Notes: a model not told the origin generated them from the sequence alone. DNA of 64,000 nt from Nitrospirales bacterium (GCA_963422365.1 OY729426.1:1568001-1632000), one strand, 5' to 3'; counted from the stretch's first letter, positions 29,614 through 39,935 are shown. Made by a program: numbers and translations.

Positions 29614-30090
29614 TTAATATTGCAAAGAAATGGTCAATGATAATCCGCGTGCTGGAAGCTCGAAGGAGGTTTCTTGAAAGGTAGGAGGGCCCATGACAAG
29701 CGGGTTCAGACTCAGACCATAGCCTTCCGACGGCCACATGCCCAAGACTCGATTGAGCCTGGTGTCTCCGTTCTCATCATGGTATGCCATGATCGCGTAG
29801 GGGCCAGGGTCGAGGTCTGTAAACTCGACAACGGCCGTCCCTTGTGTGGCTTTTGTTGCCTGAACTGTAAAGCATTGTTCTTCATCAGGAAACGAATCGG
29901 GTGAATTGAAAAGAACGACCCGAACGGGTTGGGCGCTGTTATGGATTCCTTCCACCGTGACATGGAGTGTGGCCGCGCTGCCGGGGGCGCTGGCTAACAG
30001 GCTGAACCCAAGGGGCCAGCAAATGATCCACAGCCATTTGATCATGCCGCGGAATTCACAAGAACGGATGCCTGCTTCTCCGGTCATCAT
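29614..30090 (-). CDS. DUF2141-family exported protein
   Basis: LHVTVEGI, GPYAIMAYHDENGD.RLN..LGMWPSEGYGLS.NP...PPTF. Confidence 0.85.
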   Translation of the reverse strand: MMTGEAGIRSCEFRGMIKWLWIICWPLGFSLLASAPGSAATLHVTVEGIHNSAQPVRVVLFNSPDSFPDEEQCFTVQATKATQGTAVVEFTDLDPGPYAIMAYHDENGDTRLNRVLGMWPSEGYGLSLNPLVMGPPTFQETSFELPARGLSLTISLQY

Positions 30091-30461
30091 TTGTGTTCCA
30101 CGGCGAGGCTGATTTTGGTTAACCCTGCGCCTCTCACGTCATCCACGACGTCAACGAATCGCTCGAACTGAATAACGCGGTCGGCTCGAACGAGCACCAA
30201 CGTTTCCGGCGGGAACCGCTGCAATTCACTGAGCACCGCTTCTTGTGGAAGGGGAGTACCATCCAAGAAGATGTCCCCTGAGGATGTCATCGTGATCGTA
30301 ATCGGCTCGCTCGGTGCGGCGCTTGTTGCGTTGGCTTGAGCGAGATCCACGGGAATTTGTCCGGTCGAGATAAAGGTCGCCGTGGTTAAGACAATGACCA
30401 GCAAGACCAACATCACGTCGACCAGGGGGATGACGTTGATTTGATTCAGTTCATGATCCAT
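30087..30461 (-). CDS. exbD: Biopolymer transport protein ExbD
   Basis: INVIPLVDVMLVLLVI, VRAD...FVDVVD. Confidence 0.93.
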   Translation of the reverse strand: MDHELNQINVIPLVDVMLVLLVIVLTTATFISTGQIPVDLAQANATSAAPSEPITITMTSSGDIFLDGTPLPQEAVLSELQRFPPETLVLVRADRVIQFERFVDVVDDVRGAGLTKISLAVEHK

Positions 30462-30876
30462 GGCTAACCTTATACTGCGTCAGCAACTCCGCCACCCGCC
30501 GCCGCAGTGCATTATTCATGACGACACAAGGAATGGCGACCAGCAGGCCGACTGCCGTGGCTTTCAGGGCCAAGCTTAACCCGACCATGATCGCGCTCAC
30601 TTCGATCGTCTTGGTCGTGCCCATGGTATGAAAGGTCACCATGATCCCGAGGACGGTTCCGAGAAGCCCGATATAGGGCGCATTTGCGGCAACGGTGCCG
30701 ATCACGACGAGTCGTTTGGTCAATGAAATTTCCAATTGCTGCGAATCGGCAAACTGAGCTAGGGACGCGCGCCGGTAAAAGATCCAGCGCTCCAGGGCCA
30801 CGGCAACGGCCCACATGCTCAACAGCAGAAGGAGCCCGATAATTCCATAATCAATGATGGTGTGTAAGGTGGTCAT
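30451..30876 (-). CDS. exbB: Short ExbB energizer
   Basis: ANAPYIGLLGTVLGIM, ALKATAVGLLVAIP. Confidence 0.93.
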   Translation of the reverse strand: MTTLHTIIDYGIIGLLLLLSMWAVAVALERWIFYRRASLAQFADSQQLEISLTKRLVVIGTVAANAPYIGLLGTVLGIMVTFHTMGTTKTIEVSAIMVGLSLALKATAVGLLVAIPCVVMNNALRRRVAELLTQYKVSHGS

Positions 30877-30910
30877 GCGGTCACGTTCTCCTTTGTTTTG
30901 CCTTCATGCC

Positions 30911-31372
30911 TCAGGGGGCTTGTGTCGATCGTTGAGTATGGAGTTTCTCGGAAAAGGAAAGGGACCGAAGGCCCTTCATGGGAAGGCGGATCTCGCCGAA
31001 GTCGGACTGTCCAATAAGCGTGACCTCCTTCGCCAGAGGAAATTCACCGGATTTGCCGTTTAACAGCTTGATGGTCAGAGCCTGACGACCCTTCATCGGG
31101 TGATCGGGTTTAACCTGAATTTTCGCGATCTGTTGAAATTTGACGTTGATCGTGGCGGCTCCGTGTTTGACCGGAATATGCGTGATTTCATGTGGGACGA
31201 ATGTCGTCTCATCAATTTTTTCTTCCCAGTAAAGCCGGGCGTTGGAGACCGACATCTGGACGCCTTCGGCATCGATGGTTTTAGCCGTAAACGTACTGTT
31301 TTGAGCGAGGGCATACGCGGGAAACACGATCGTCAGAGCCAGCAGTAAGGCAAAGAAATTGGCGCGGATCAT
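30911..31372 (-). CDS. Exported hypothetical protein
   Basis: AAAGGAG RBS, signal peptide (AYA-LA), located between tonB and exbB. Confidence 0.7.
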   Translation of the reverse strand: MIRANFFALLLALTIVFPAYALAQNSTFTAKTIDAEGVQMSVSNARLYWEEKIDETTFVPHEITHIPVKHGAATINVKFQQIAKIQVKPDHPMKGRQALTIKLLNGKSGEFPLAKEVTLIGQSDFGEIRLPMKGLRSLSFSEKLHTQRSTQAP

Positions 31373-31410
31373 GATGTATTCTCCTTTGTGATGGGATGTC
31401 TTCTGAGTAC

Positions 31411-32718
31411 TCAACTCTTCTTTAAATTGAAGGCAATGGGAACGACGAGCCGTTCAATTTCGATGGATTCAGGCGGTTTCGTTGTTTGGAGAACCTTTTT
31501 CAACGTGGCAACGGCTGCCTTATCCAAGATGTCATAGCCTGATGGTTGCGAGATTTTTAAGGCTCGCACGGTTCCGGTCCTTGATAGAGAAATCGCGATG
31601 TGGGTGATCCCGGAATATCCAAGGCGTTTAGCGAGACGCGGGAATTCAAGGGTTTGGGAGATTCTCTCGCGCAGGCGCTTGCTAAAGGCCAAGAGTTCCG
31701 GAGAAAACCCGTTCGTCGAAACAGACCTGGAAATGGTTGTAGGACGGGCTTTTCTCATTTGGCGGGCATAATTGATCGTTGTCCGTGCCTGCATGACGGG
31801 CCTTCCTGATAAGAGTGCGGCAGGTTGACGCGCGGGCCTCGACAAAGTAGGCCTCACCGCTGGTTGAGACCCCCTGCGGGAGACGTGTTGTGTGTGTTTC
31901 ATAACTTCCATTGCCGGAGCACGGGTTATCTTCTCGTCATGAGACGATAGGCTATTAACGGATTGCTGCCGGGGTGATGAGCTGACGGAGGCGACGACTG
32001 GTTGAGGCGCGACTACTTGCGAAGGCGTGTGAGTGATGCCGACGAGGCGGGCGGTGGGTTGTGGCGCAACCACTTGTGAAGCCATGTGGGTGATGCCGGC
32101 GGGTTGGGCGATTGGTTGAGAAGAAACCGTGCCGTTTCTGGTCGCAGGCTGAGAAAATGTTTGAGTATGCAGGACCGTCTTCGGTTGGGCCGTGGGTGTC
32201 TGGGTGATGCCGACCGGTCGTGCTGTTGGTTGGGGAGCGACCATGCTGGTTCTGGTTGCAGGCTGGGAAGCCGTTTGCATGTGCAGGACCGTCTTCGGTT
32301 TGATCGTGGGTGTCTGTGCGACGCTGGTAGGGCGTGGCATGAGTCTCGGAGGCGGCTTCAGGGAAGGTTGGACAGTCGTCTGGGGAGTTACTGTTTGCCT
32401 GGTCTGAGTCTGTGTGCGTGGCTTGGACTGAGTCGGCTCCTTGGGAATTGGTTGGGGTTGCACCTGTTTCGGTTTGATCGTCGGTGTGGGCGGCGGTTTT
32501 TTCATCGTTTGACGATGGGTAGGAGGCGTGCGGGGTTGAGTGAGTTGAGGGGTGAAGAAGGAAACGGTGATAGGATCTCGCTCCACCCGTTGCGGAACGG
32601 GGAGCTTCTGCGAAAGGAGCAGGGCGAGGCCGATCATCATCGTATGCAGGCATACGGATAATCCCCAACTGCTCCAATAGTCTGGATGCTGTATCGCGCG
32701 GAAGACGGAACGTTTCAT
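31411..32718 (-). CDS. tonB: TonB with a long repetitive Pro/Thr/Gln linker
   Basis: N-terminal TM SVCLH, C-terminal FPRLAKRLGYSG...PSGYDILDKAAV...VPIAFNL. Confidence 0.88.
   Translation of the reverse strand: MKRSVFRAIQHPDYWSSWGLSVCLHTMMIGLALLLSQKLPVPQRVERDPITVSFFTPQLTQPRTPPTHRQTMKKPPPTPTIKPKQVQPQPIPKEPTQSKPRTQTQTRQTVTPQTTVQPSLKPPPRLMPRPTSVAQTPTIKPKTVLHMQTASQPATRTSMVAPQPTARPVGITQTPTAQPKTVLHTQTFSQPATRNGTVSSQPIAQPAGITHMASQVVAPQPTARLVGITHTPSQVVAPQPVVASVSSSPRQQSVNSLSSHDEKITRAPAMEVMKHTQHVSRRGSQPAVRPTLSRPARQPAALLSGRPVMQARTTINYARQMRKARPTTISRSVSTNGFSPELLAFSKRLRERISQTLEFPRLAKRLGYSGITHIAISLSRTGTVRALKISQPSGYDILDKAAVATLKKVLQTTKPPESIEIERLVVPIAFNLKKS
32000..32320 (-). repeat. Intragenic tandem repeats (114-bp and 57-bp units) in tonB
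   Basis: PKTVLH.QT.SQPATR twice; QP.A...GIT three times; SQVVAPQP twice. Confidence 0.8.
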
Positions 32719-32757
32719 TCCCGACCCTTGCCGGTTCGGCGGGTTTTACAAATAATT

Positions 32758-32780
32758 ATGAAACCAATTACCAAGATCAT
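32758..32780. promoter_or_regulatory. Fur-box-like operator upstream of tonB
   Basis: ATGAAACCAATTACCAAGATCAT; TATAAT on - strand at 32784-32789. Confidence 0.55.
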
Positions 32781-32907
32781 CTTATTATATACCAGAATAA
32801 ACGCTCTCGAACATGTCGAACCACCGGATTAACATGTTCGATCGCCGGATATATGGCTCGCTCAGGCCATCAAGCAGGGGCTCTTCTCTTGTCGTTGCCG
32901 GTTTCTT

Positions 32908-33220
32908 TTGTCATCCCTGTAAATGTTCACTCATTCGTTGACAATTTCCGCTGTCTCCTTCTGTCGTTCCCGACATTTGTAATCGGGAATCCAGGGTTCT
33001 GTTCCAGGCCGGTCCACCCGAATAGATAGACAGTTGTAGCGGCGCCATCTCATGGCGCCTTCTTCTTGGCCGCTAAGGCATGTCCCTGCCCGCGAGCGGG
33101 GATGCGGCCCTACAGTTCCTTCGCAGTCGCTTCGGACAAGCGCTCGGCTCAGACAGCCCTCGCCGAAGCGTCGGATTCGGTGCCGGGGCGCAGCCACGCC
33201 CAAGGCGGGGACAATGACAA
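32908..33220. repeat. MITE end plus GTAG-REP doublet composite
   Basis: TGTAAATGTTCACTCATTCGTTGACA (32918-32943); GTAGCGGCGCCATCTCATGGCGCC...GATGCGGCCCTAC. Confidence 0.75.
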
Positions 33221-33282
33221 AAATTCTTCGGAGGATTTCAGGATGAGGCTATGTTTCGCTTCATTCGAGATGGGTGGAAGGT

Positions 33283-34452
33283 TTATGCTCCCCTGAATTT
33301 GAGAGCATTGGGAATGTTCGTTCGCATGGCGCGAACCGCCGGGAGCAATCCGCCAAGGGTTGCCATGAAGACGCCGAAGAGGACGCCCCATAGTGCGATC
33401 CGAGGAGTCAGGACAAAACCATAGGCCAATTCCGACATGGTGGCGTAGTTAATGGTTGACAGAGAAGTGAATTGAAGCAATGACGCCAGCGCGATGCCCA
33501 GACCGGAGCCAAGGAGCCCGATCAAGACCGACTCAAACACAAAGAGGTTGAAAATCCTCCTTCGCGTGAATCCCATCGCACGCAGGGTGGCGATCTCGGT
33601 GGTGCGATGCGCGACCGCGCCGTACATCGTGATCATGGCGCCGAGGCTTGCCCCCGCGCTGAAGAGCCCAGTCAGCATAAGCCCCATGGTTCGGATAAAA
33701 TTCGAGAGACCGCCGGATCGTGATTCATAATAAGCGGCTTCTTTGGTAATGGCTATCTGCAGGCGGGGATCTTGGTCGATACGGGATTGGAGCGTGGGAA
33801 ATAGCGAGGGGTCGCGCGGTCGAAAAATGGCTGAAGAATAATACGTGCGTCCGAACGCGTCCATGAATCGATCGGCATCCCCCCACATTTCGGATTCAAA
33901 GCCGCTTCCGTCCGCTTCAAAGGTTCCGACCACGGTCCAGTTCTGTCTGCCGAACCGAAGCGTTTGGCCCAGATCCGCATTTTTAAAGCGTCGAGCGATC
34001 TCTTTGCCCGTCACCACTTCATTCGTTCCGGGACGCCACATGCGGCCCTTCACAAGCTTCACTTGAGACCGCACGTGAAACGAGTCTGCCGATCCCCCAC
34101 GGAGGGTCACGTTGCCCGCGGTGTCTGTGCCCCGTTTTACTAAGCTGATGAGCACCACGATTTCAGGCGAGAACAGCGAGTGGCCGTTCTGTTGAGCAAT
34201 TTCCGGAAACGTTCGTAAGATGGCCGTCTGTTCCCGATAGAGTCCGCTTCCGATCTCGGAGATGGCTCCTTTCCGAAGGACCAAGACATTGTCCATGGAG
34301 CCGGTATTGACTAAGGTGTGCTCGACGCCGTGTGCCAACATTAAGACTCCCACAAAGATGAACACGACCAGGCCTACTCCCATGATCGTCAACAGGTTGG
34401 TGGTTCGTCGAGCGAGCAGGTGACGGAAATTGTATGAGAAAAAAATCTGCAT
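33283..34452 (-). CDS. FtsX/MacB-type ABC permease
   Basis: TM-periplasmic domain-3TM layout; VAHRTTEIATLRAMGF...ES. Confidence 0.92.
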   Translation of the reverse strand: MQIFFSYNFRHLLARRTTNLLTIMGVGLVVFIFVGVLMLAHGVEHTLVNTGSMDNVLVLRKGAISEIGSGLYREQTAILRTFPEIAQQNGHSLFSPEIVVLISLVKRGTDTAGNVTLRGGSADSFHVRSQVKLVKGRMWRPGTNEVVTGKEIARRFKNADLGQTLRFGRQNWTVVGTFEADGSGFESEMWGDADRFMDAFGRTYYSSAIFRPRDPSLFPTLQSRIDQDPRLQIAITKEAAYYESRSGGLSNFIRTMGLMLTGLFSAGASLGAMITMYGAVAHRTTEIATLRAMGFTRRRIFNLFVFESVLIGLLGSGLGIALASLLQFTSLSTINYATMSELAYGFVLTPRIALWGVLFGVFMATLGGLLPAVRAMRTNIPNALKFRGA

Positions 34453-34494
34453 GGATCTGAGCCGTCAATTCCTATCCAGAAGACATAAGGGCGG

Positions 34495-34620
34495 CCCCCC
34501 CCGCTAACCTTGTCCCCGACATTTGTTATTGGGGAAACTGCGAGGATGACAATTGGCTGTTTCTGTCACTCCCGATATTTTTAGTCGGGAATCCAGTCTC
34601 CGCATCTCATGCGGCCTAGA
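34495..34620. repeat. REP composite inserted between the two permease genes
   Basis: CCCCGCTAA-[CCTTGTCCCCGACATTTGTTATTGGGGA]-AACTGCGAGGATGAC; TCCCGA...TCGGGAATCCAG; CGCATCTCATGCGG. Confidence 0.7.
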
Positions 34621-34674
34621 AAAGGTGCGATCCCTCGAACCCTTGGGGGATCGTGCGGTTAGAACGGGCATCAT

Positions 34675-35841
34675 TTATCCCATATGACGGAGTTCATTCC
34701 GAATCCGGCTGCGGAGGCAGAGCACAAACGGGATGACTGCCCCAACCAGCCCAATACTTACACTGAGGACCACCGCCAGCATCGGCAACTGAGCAGGTAG
34801 CTCAAACACCGTGAAAAACCCTCCCAAATTGCTGGTGAGGAACATGCCGAACCATCTGCTCGCGGGATACAGAAGGGCGACCCCAAGGATTCCCCCGAAA
34901 AGAGAGAGACATACCGATTCGCCGAAAATCAAGAGACTGAGATGAGGAGCCCGAAACCCCAACGTCTTCAAGATCCCGTATTCATGATGCCGTTCGCGAA
35001 CGCTCATTGCCATGGCATTGGCGACAACCAAGATACTGATGCCCAGGATGAGGAAAGACATGATTTCGACTACGCGAATGATAGCGCCGGACATGGTCAC
35101 CATGTTGGCTTGAAACGCCTGTTCTGTTTCCGTTCGGGTTTCCGCTATGGAATTGGTAAAGGCTTGATCGATCTCCGTGGAGATTTGTGCTGCCTGTTCG
35201 GGGTTGGCCATCTGAACCACAAACCAGCCCACGGTCCCTGCGCGAGCCGGATCGTCGAGTCGCCGGCGTTCGTCCACCGCGCTCCAGTGAAGATACATGC
35301 TCCCTTCAGACGCGGTCGGCGTCGTCCTTGTGTAGATTCCTCGTATCGTGAATTCCCAATCGCCCGGATAGAGACTGCCTTGCAGGCGGACAATGTCACC
35401 AATGTCCCAGCCGAGTTTGTCGGCGAGCTCTCGCCCCACGATGCAAGCCCGGCGATCCCGGAGAAAGGCGTTTCGTTGTGCCGGCGGCAAGTGAATTTCA
35501 GGATGGAGCCCTAAATACGAGGTCGACTCTACGGCATATCGAGGAAAAAATGCCTTGCCGTCCTTCCATCGTCCACCAAACCAGTTGGCGTAGGAAACCC
35601 CGCTCACGCCGGGAATTGCGGCAATGCGTTGTTGATAGGCCACCGGTAGTTGAAAGGAAATGGAAACGGCATGCCGGGTTCTCAAGCGATCGGGCTGCGA
35701 TCCCAGCGATCCCGCATACCAGGCCGTGACCGTTGTGCGAAGGAGACCAAAGGCCAGAATGATAATACACATGGTCAGGATGGTTAAAGTCGCCCGGAGC
35801 GGATGACGGAGCACGTTACGGAAGGTGTAGCGAAGCAACAT
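34675..35841 (-). CDS. FtsX/MacB-type ABC permease
   Basis: RNVLRHPLR, SYANWFGG, MSVRERHHEYGILKTLGF. Confidence 0.92.
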   Translation of the reverse strand: MLLRYTFRNVLRHPLRATLTILTMCIIILAFGLLRTTVTAWYAGSLGSQPDRLRTRHAVSISFQLPVAYQQRIAAIPGVSGVSYANWFGGRWKDGKAFFPRYAVESTSYLGLHPEIHLPPAQRNAFLRDRRACIVGRELADKLGWDIGDIVRLQGSLYPGDWEFTIRGIYTRTTPTASEGSMYLHWSAVDERRRLDDPARAGTVGWFVVQMANPEQAAQISTEIDQAFTNSIAETRTETEQAFQANMVTMSGAIIRVVEIMSFLILGISILVVANAMAMSVRERHHEYGILKTLGFRAPHLSLLIFGESVCLSLFGGILGVALLYPASRWFGMFLTSNLGGFFTVFELPAQLPMLAVVLSVSIGLVGAVIPFVLCLRSRIRNELRHMG

Positions 35842-36516
35842 TTATTCCAATCTTCCTTTCTGCAGCCTGCAGATAGTGGCGGCGCGTTGCGCGGCTTCGA
35901 GGTCATGGGTGACCAACACGATCGTCTTGCCTTGTTCCGTGTTCAGTCGTTGGAGCAGGGTCATGATCTCGTCTGCGGCGTCACTGTCCAAGTTGCCCGT
36001 CGGCTCATCCGCCAGGAGAATCGCGGGATCCATCACGATCGCTCGCGCAATCGCCACGCGCTGCTCCTGGCCTCCCGAGAGTTGACGCGGATAATGCGTC
36101 ATTCGGTCGGCCAATCCCACAAGCCGCAAGGCGGTCGACACGTGTTTCGCGCGTTTCGCACGGGACAGGGACGTCAGCAGCAACGGCAACTCCACGTTTT
36201 CAGCCGCCGTCAGAACCGGAATCAAATTGTAGAACTGGAAGATGAATCCGATTGTTTTGGCCCGCCATTTGGCAAGTTGATGGTCGGACAGTTGGTTCAC
36301 ATTGGTCTGATTGATGGACACGTGTCCGCGCACGGGACGGTCGAAGCCGGCCATCAGATTCAAAATGGTGGTTTTCCCCGACCCGGACGGGCCCAGCAAG
36401 GCCACGAAACTCGACGGTGCGATGGCGAGCGTCAGTTGCCTCAGGACGGGTATTTCGATGTCGTCTCGGAAATAGGAATGCGAAACTTTTTGAATGTCGA
36501 TGATGGATGAGGTCAT
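35842..36516 (-). CDS. ABC ATPase (LolD/MacB-like)
   Basis: GPSGSGKTT, GFIFQFYNL, LSGGQEQRVAIARA, DEPTGNLD. Confidence 0.95.
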   Translation of the reverse strand: MTSSIIDIQKVSHSYFRDDIEIPVLRQLTLAIAPSSFVALLGPSGSGKTTILNLMAGFDRPVRGHVSINQTNVNQLSDHQLAKWRAKTIGFIFQFYNLIPVLTAAENVELPLLLTSLSRAKRAKHVSTALRLVGLADRMTHYPRQLSGGQEQRVAIARAIVMDPAILLADEPTGNLDSDAADEIMTLLQRLNTEQGKTIVLVTHDLEAAQRAATICRLQKGRLE

Positions 36517-36522
36517 GGGGCT

Positions 36523-37791
36523 TCACTCCTGAGCACGTTCTTGAATGAGACTGCCTGTGACGAGATCGTCGGAGGGATTGATGATAACGGTATTGCCTTG
36601 GACCACGTTCCCTCGAATGGGAATGAGCCCGTTACGAGGCGCTCCGGTTTCAACGGGTCTTTCCGACACCACGTTGTCCTTGACCAGCAGGACCGTCGTT
36701 TGTCCGTTTCGGGTTACGATGGCGTCGGGCGAAACCCCCAAGGTGTCAGGCGGTGCTTCTTCTTGGGAAGCCGACGAGGATTGACTCAAAAAAGTCACCG
36801 TGGCGCTCATGTCCGGAAAGACCTTTTCGTCCAGATCGTCAAAGCGAATTTTGACGGGAATGGTGGCTTTGGTCCGATCGGCCGTCGGGACAATCTGACT
36901 CACGCTGCCGTGATAGATATGGTCCGGAACGGCTTCCAAGCTAATATGGGCCGGTTGGTCGAGGCCCACCGAGTTGAGAAAGGACTCCGAGACTTCGGCT
37001 TCAACTTGCAATGTGCGTAAATCGGCGATCGCGGCGACCGAGCCTCGGGACTGAGAGGCGCCAGCCATCGGCGCCACGATTTCTCCGACTTCGGCGAATT
37101 TTTTCATGACGGTTCCATCAAAAGGGGCGCGAATCAAGGTGTTTTCAACGTCTACCTTCACCGCTTGAATTTCCGCTTGGGCCAGCTTCACCGCCGAGTA
37201 TGATGACCGCACCGATGCCCGCGCTCGACGCAACCGGGCTTCTGCGGTGTCGAGTTCTGACAGAGTGACAAGGCCCTTGTCCCATAAGACCTTGATTCGT
37301 CGGTAATGGAGCGTCGCTTCTCGTAACTCGGGCCGTGCATTGGCCAAGGCGGCCTTCGCGACGTCTAATCGGGCGTGCGTTTGTAAGAGCCTTGCCTTGA
37401 TGTCGGCCTGCTCCAGGGTCGCAATAATTTCTCCTTTGGTAACCCGATCTCCCACGTCAATGCGAACAGCCGTCAAACGGCCCGTGCCTTTTGACGCAAC
37501 GGATGCCTGCCGCTGGGCGACCACATATCCGGTTGCGGTCAAGAGCCCTCGAGCGGGTGACTGAAAGAAACGCTGTACGCGGGTGACTTGAACGCGAGTG
37601 GCGTGCAATGAAAGCCCACTCGTCATGTAGGAGCCGATCGAGAAAAGAATCACGGCGGCTCCGATCACGAACGCAAAGCTTTTCCCGAATCTCTTCGGCC
37701 TGTGAGTGGAATTTTTCTCTATGATGAGGTCGTCTAAATCTGGAGCGTCTTTACCCGAGGGAGAAGAGAAATTCTCGCTTTTCTCTTTCAT
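36523..37791 (-). CDS. Membrane fusion (periplasmic adaptor) protein
   Basis: ATGYVVAQRQASVAS, alpha-hairpin, IRAPFDGTV, PTADRTKAT. Confidence 0.92.
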   Translation of the reverse strand: MKEKSENFSSPSGKDAPDLDDLIIEKNSTHRPKRFGKSFAFVIGAAVILFSIGSYMTSGLSLHATRVQVTRVQRFFQSPARGLLTATGYVVAQRQASVASKGTGRLTAVRIDVGDRVTKGEIIATLEQADIKARLLQTHARLDVAKAALANARPELREATLHYRRIKVLWDKGLVTLSELDTAEARLRRARASVRSSYSAVKLAQAEIQAVKVDVENTLIRAPFDGTVMKKFAEVGEIVAPMAGASQSRGSVAAIADLRTLQVEAEVSESFLNSVGLDQPAHISLEAVPDHIYHGSVSQIVPTADRTKATIPVKIRFDDLDEKVFPDMSATVTFLSQSSSASQEEAPPDTLGVSPDAIVTRNGQTTVLLVKDNVVSERPVETGAPRNGLIPIRGNVVQGNTVIINPSDDLVTGSLIQERAQE

Positions 37792-38378
37792 GCATGCGTT
37801 CCTGTCTGATAACCGGAATGGAGAGCATCTCGAAAGAACCGTGGTGATAATCCCGTCGCCTTTTTGAAAAAATGGCTGAAAGAAAACTGGTCTTGGAATC
37901 CGAGGGCCTGGGCGATTTCGGTCAAATTCTGTTCGGAATTTTCTAAAAGGCGTTTGGCCGTTTGAAGGCGAAGCCGTTTCAAATACGCAGAGAAGGGTTC
38001 TCCCATGTGTAGAATGAAGAAAACAGAACAGTACTTTTCCGAATATCCAAAATGTTCTGATAAATCCTTGAGGGTCAAGCCCTGGTGAAGATGGGTCACG
38101 ATGAATTCGTGGAGCCGTTCGGACAGGGTGGGGTTCGATGTCGCGAGGGTGTCGGAATCGGGTGACAGTGCCCGTAAAACGAATTCCTTCGCGATTTGTT
38201 GCTTGTCATGGTTTTGTCGACCTTGATAAAAGCGCCTAGCCCAATTGGCGGTATACGCAAACAATTCGCGGAGTAAGGCATGCTCATCGGCGGCACTGGA
38301 TGGTGACAAGGGACCCTTGTCCTTATCGAGGACGATGACTGAGGCAGAATGGAGATGTTCTTTTTCGTCCGTATTCAT
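37788..38378 (-). CDS. AraC-family transcriptional regulator
   Basis: LTLKDLSEHFGYSEKY...EIAQALGFQDQFSFSHFFKKATGLSP. Confidence 0.9.
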   Translation of the reverse strand: MNTDEKEHLHSASVIVLDKDKGPLSPSSAADEHALLRELFAYTANWARRFYQGRQNHDKQQIAKEFVLRALSPDSDTLATSNPTLSERLHEFIVTHLHQGLTLKDLSEHFGYSEKYCSVFFILHMGEPFSAYLKRLRLQTAKRLLENSEQNLTEIAQALGFQDQFSFSHFFKKATGLSPRFFRDALHSGYQTGTHA

Positions 38379-38405
38379 TCAGACCCTTAGCGCGTCATAA
38401 GGGGG

Positions 38406-38442
38406 GCGGGAGGCTTATCAGGAGGAGGTTGGAGCCTCCCGC
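38406..38442. terminator. GC-rich hairpin, possible terminator
   Basis: GCGGGAGGCT...AGCCTCCCGC; no clear U-tract. Confidence 0.35.
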
Positions 38443-38574
38443 TCGTGAAGGGGTGTGATTGATTCCACTCCTTCCTTGGCTGACATTCAACAAAAAAGCC
38501 CAAGAAAGCATTATGCATTCTTGGGCTCTGGACCAACGGTCTCGGGCTCTATTCAAATAATCCGTGACGTGTCG

Positions 38575-39087
38575 TTACTCAGGGTCTCCTCGCATCATCA
38601 AGGGATGATTAAAAATCCACATTTCGTACATGGGAATCGCAAACATGATCAAAAACGTAATCGTCATGAGAACGTCGCCGGTCAACAGGGTCAATACGAA
38701 GAGGGGCGACACATAGGTGATGAGCCACGGCGACACGAGATCCAACGTCACGCCCACGAAGGCAACCCAGGTGGTCATCACTTTTACGAGAGGGCTGGCC
38801 ATGGTCAGATACAACACATGAACCATAATCAGAAACACGACCGGTAGCGTGAATAAGTGAAAATGTGTGGTTTCGGCCAATTGCCCGAACGACATGGGCT
38901 CGCCGAAATTATCATCAGACCCGCGATAGTGTTGGGCAATGCCTTTGGGTGTCAGGTCGGTCATGCTGTGTGCCCACACAAAGGTGAAGACAAATCCCGC
39001 GAACATGAAGAGAAGGAACCATGTGTACACCAATCGTATGTGGCGGTCAGTGTCACGTAGCCGAAACCGAGCATTGAAATTCCGCAT
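38575..39087 (-). CDS. Four-TM membrane protein with His residues (possible cytochrome b-like electron conduit)
   Basis: Four hydrophobic helices, THFHLF and MVHVLY; last gene of the porin-FMN operon. Confidence 0.6.
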   Translation of the reverse strand: MRNFNARFRLRDTDRHIRLVYTWFLLFMFAGFVFTFVWAHSMTDLTPKGIAQHYRGSDDNFGEPMSFGQLAETTHFHLFTLPVVFLIMVHVLYLTMASPLVKVMTTWVAFVGVTLDLVSPWLITYVSPLFVLTLLTGDVLMTITFLIMFAIPMYEMWIFNHPLMMRGDPE

Positions 39088-39221
39088 CGTAAAGCAATCT
39101 TCACCGAGAGCCTTGAGATCTTCTTCTGTCAGTCGAGCCCTGAGCCTTTTCCGTCTCCCTCATTTCCACGCACGCACATCCTCGACCACGACCGGGGTTG
39201 GGAATTGAGAAGATCCCACGC

Positions 39222-39935
39222 TTAGAGCCCGAAGAGGGCTTCAAAGAATCCTTTTTCAGACTTGCCGGCGACCATGATGTTGGTACCGAGACCACGGGGC
39301 TTCAAATAGAATTCATTCACCAGCACGAGGACGCGTTTCACGCCGGCGCTTGCGGACCGCACGGACATCGTCGCCCCCGTGATATTAATGATATCTCGAT
39401 TAATCCGTATCGGGTCCCCGATGGTTTTCCCCTGGTACTGATAATTGAACCGTTTGGTGGCGATCTCATTGCCTCGGGCTTCCCGATACACCAGCACTTC
39501 AAAGTTCGTGACTTCGCCGGCTGAATCAACGGCCACCATGTACGTAATGGGGCGATGCTTGCCGATGGTATTCTGGACGATGGCATATCCGTCGATGTTT
39601 CCTTGGGTCTCCCCAATATAGACATCGAAGGAGGTTTCCGGAAATTCCCAGCCGATGGCTTGTTCGACCATGGTTTTTTGCTCTGCAGTCAAGATCAAGG
39701 TGTCCTTGCGAATCTTTTCGGAATCCGGAAACATGACGGTCGCAGCGTCTTCCTTCGTGAAATAAACTTCTAAATGTCCTAGTTCCTCAGGCGTGAGCCA
39801 TCGATTGAGCTCATGATCCCAGATTTGTTCCTGCGGGGAGGCTTGGGCAAACCCCTGGGATAAAGGAATCCCTAGCAAGACACTGCACATGGCAACAATT
39901 CCTGTAAGTCTTTGAATTAACTTAAAACCGTACAT
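39222..39935 (-). CDS. Exported FMN-binding (flavinylation target) protein
   Basis: Signal peptide; IGKHRPITYMV, YREARG; DIINITGATMS matches the [S/T]GA[S/T] ApbE target motif. Confidence 0.88.
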   Translation of the reverse strand: MYGFKLIQRLTGIVAMCSVLLGIPLSQGFAQASPQEQIWDHELNRWLTPEELGHLEVYFTKEDAATVMFPDSEKIRKDTLILTAEQKTMVEQAIGWEFPETSFDVYIGETQGNIDGYAIVQNTIGKHRPITYMVAVDSAGEVTNFEVLVYREARGNEIATKRFNYQYQGKTIGDPIRINRDIINITGATMSVRSASAGVKRVLVLVNEFYLKPRGLGTNIMVAGKSEKGFFEALFGL

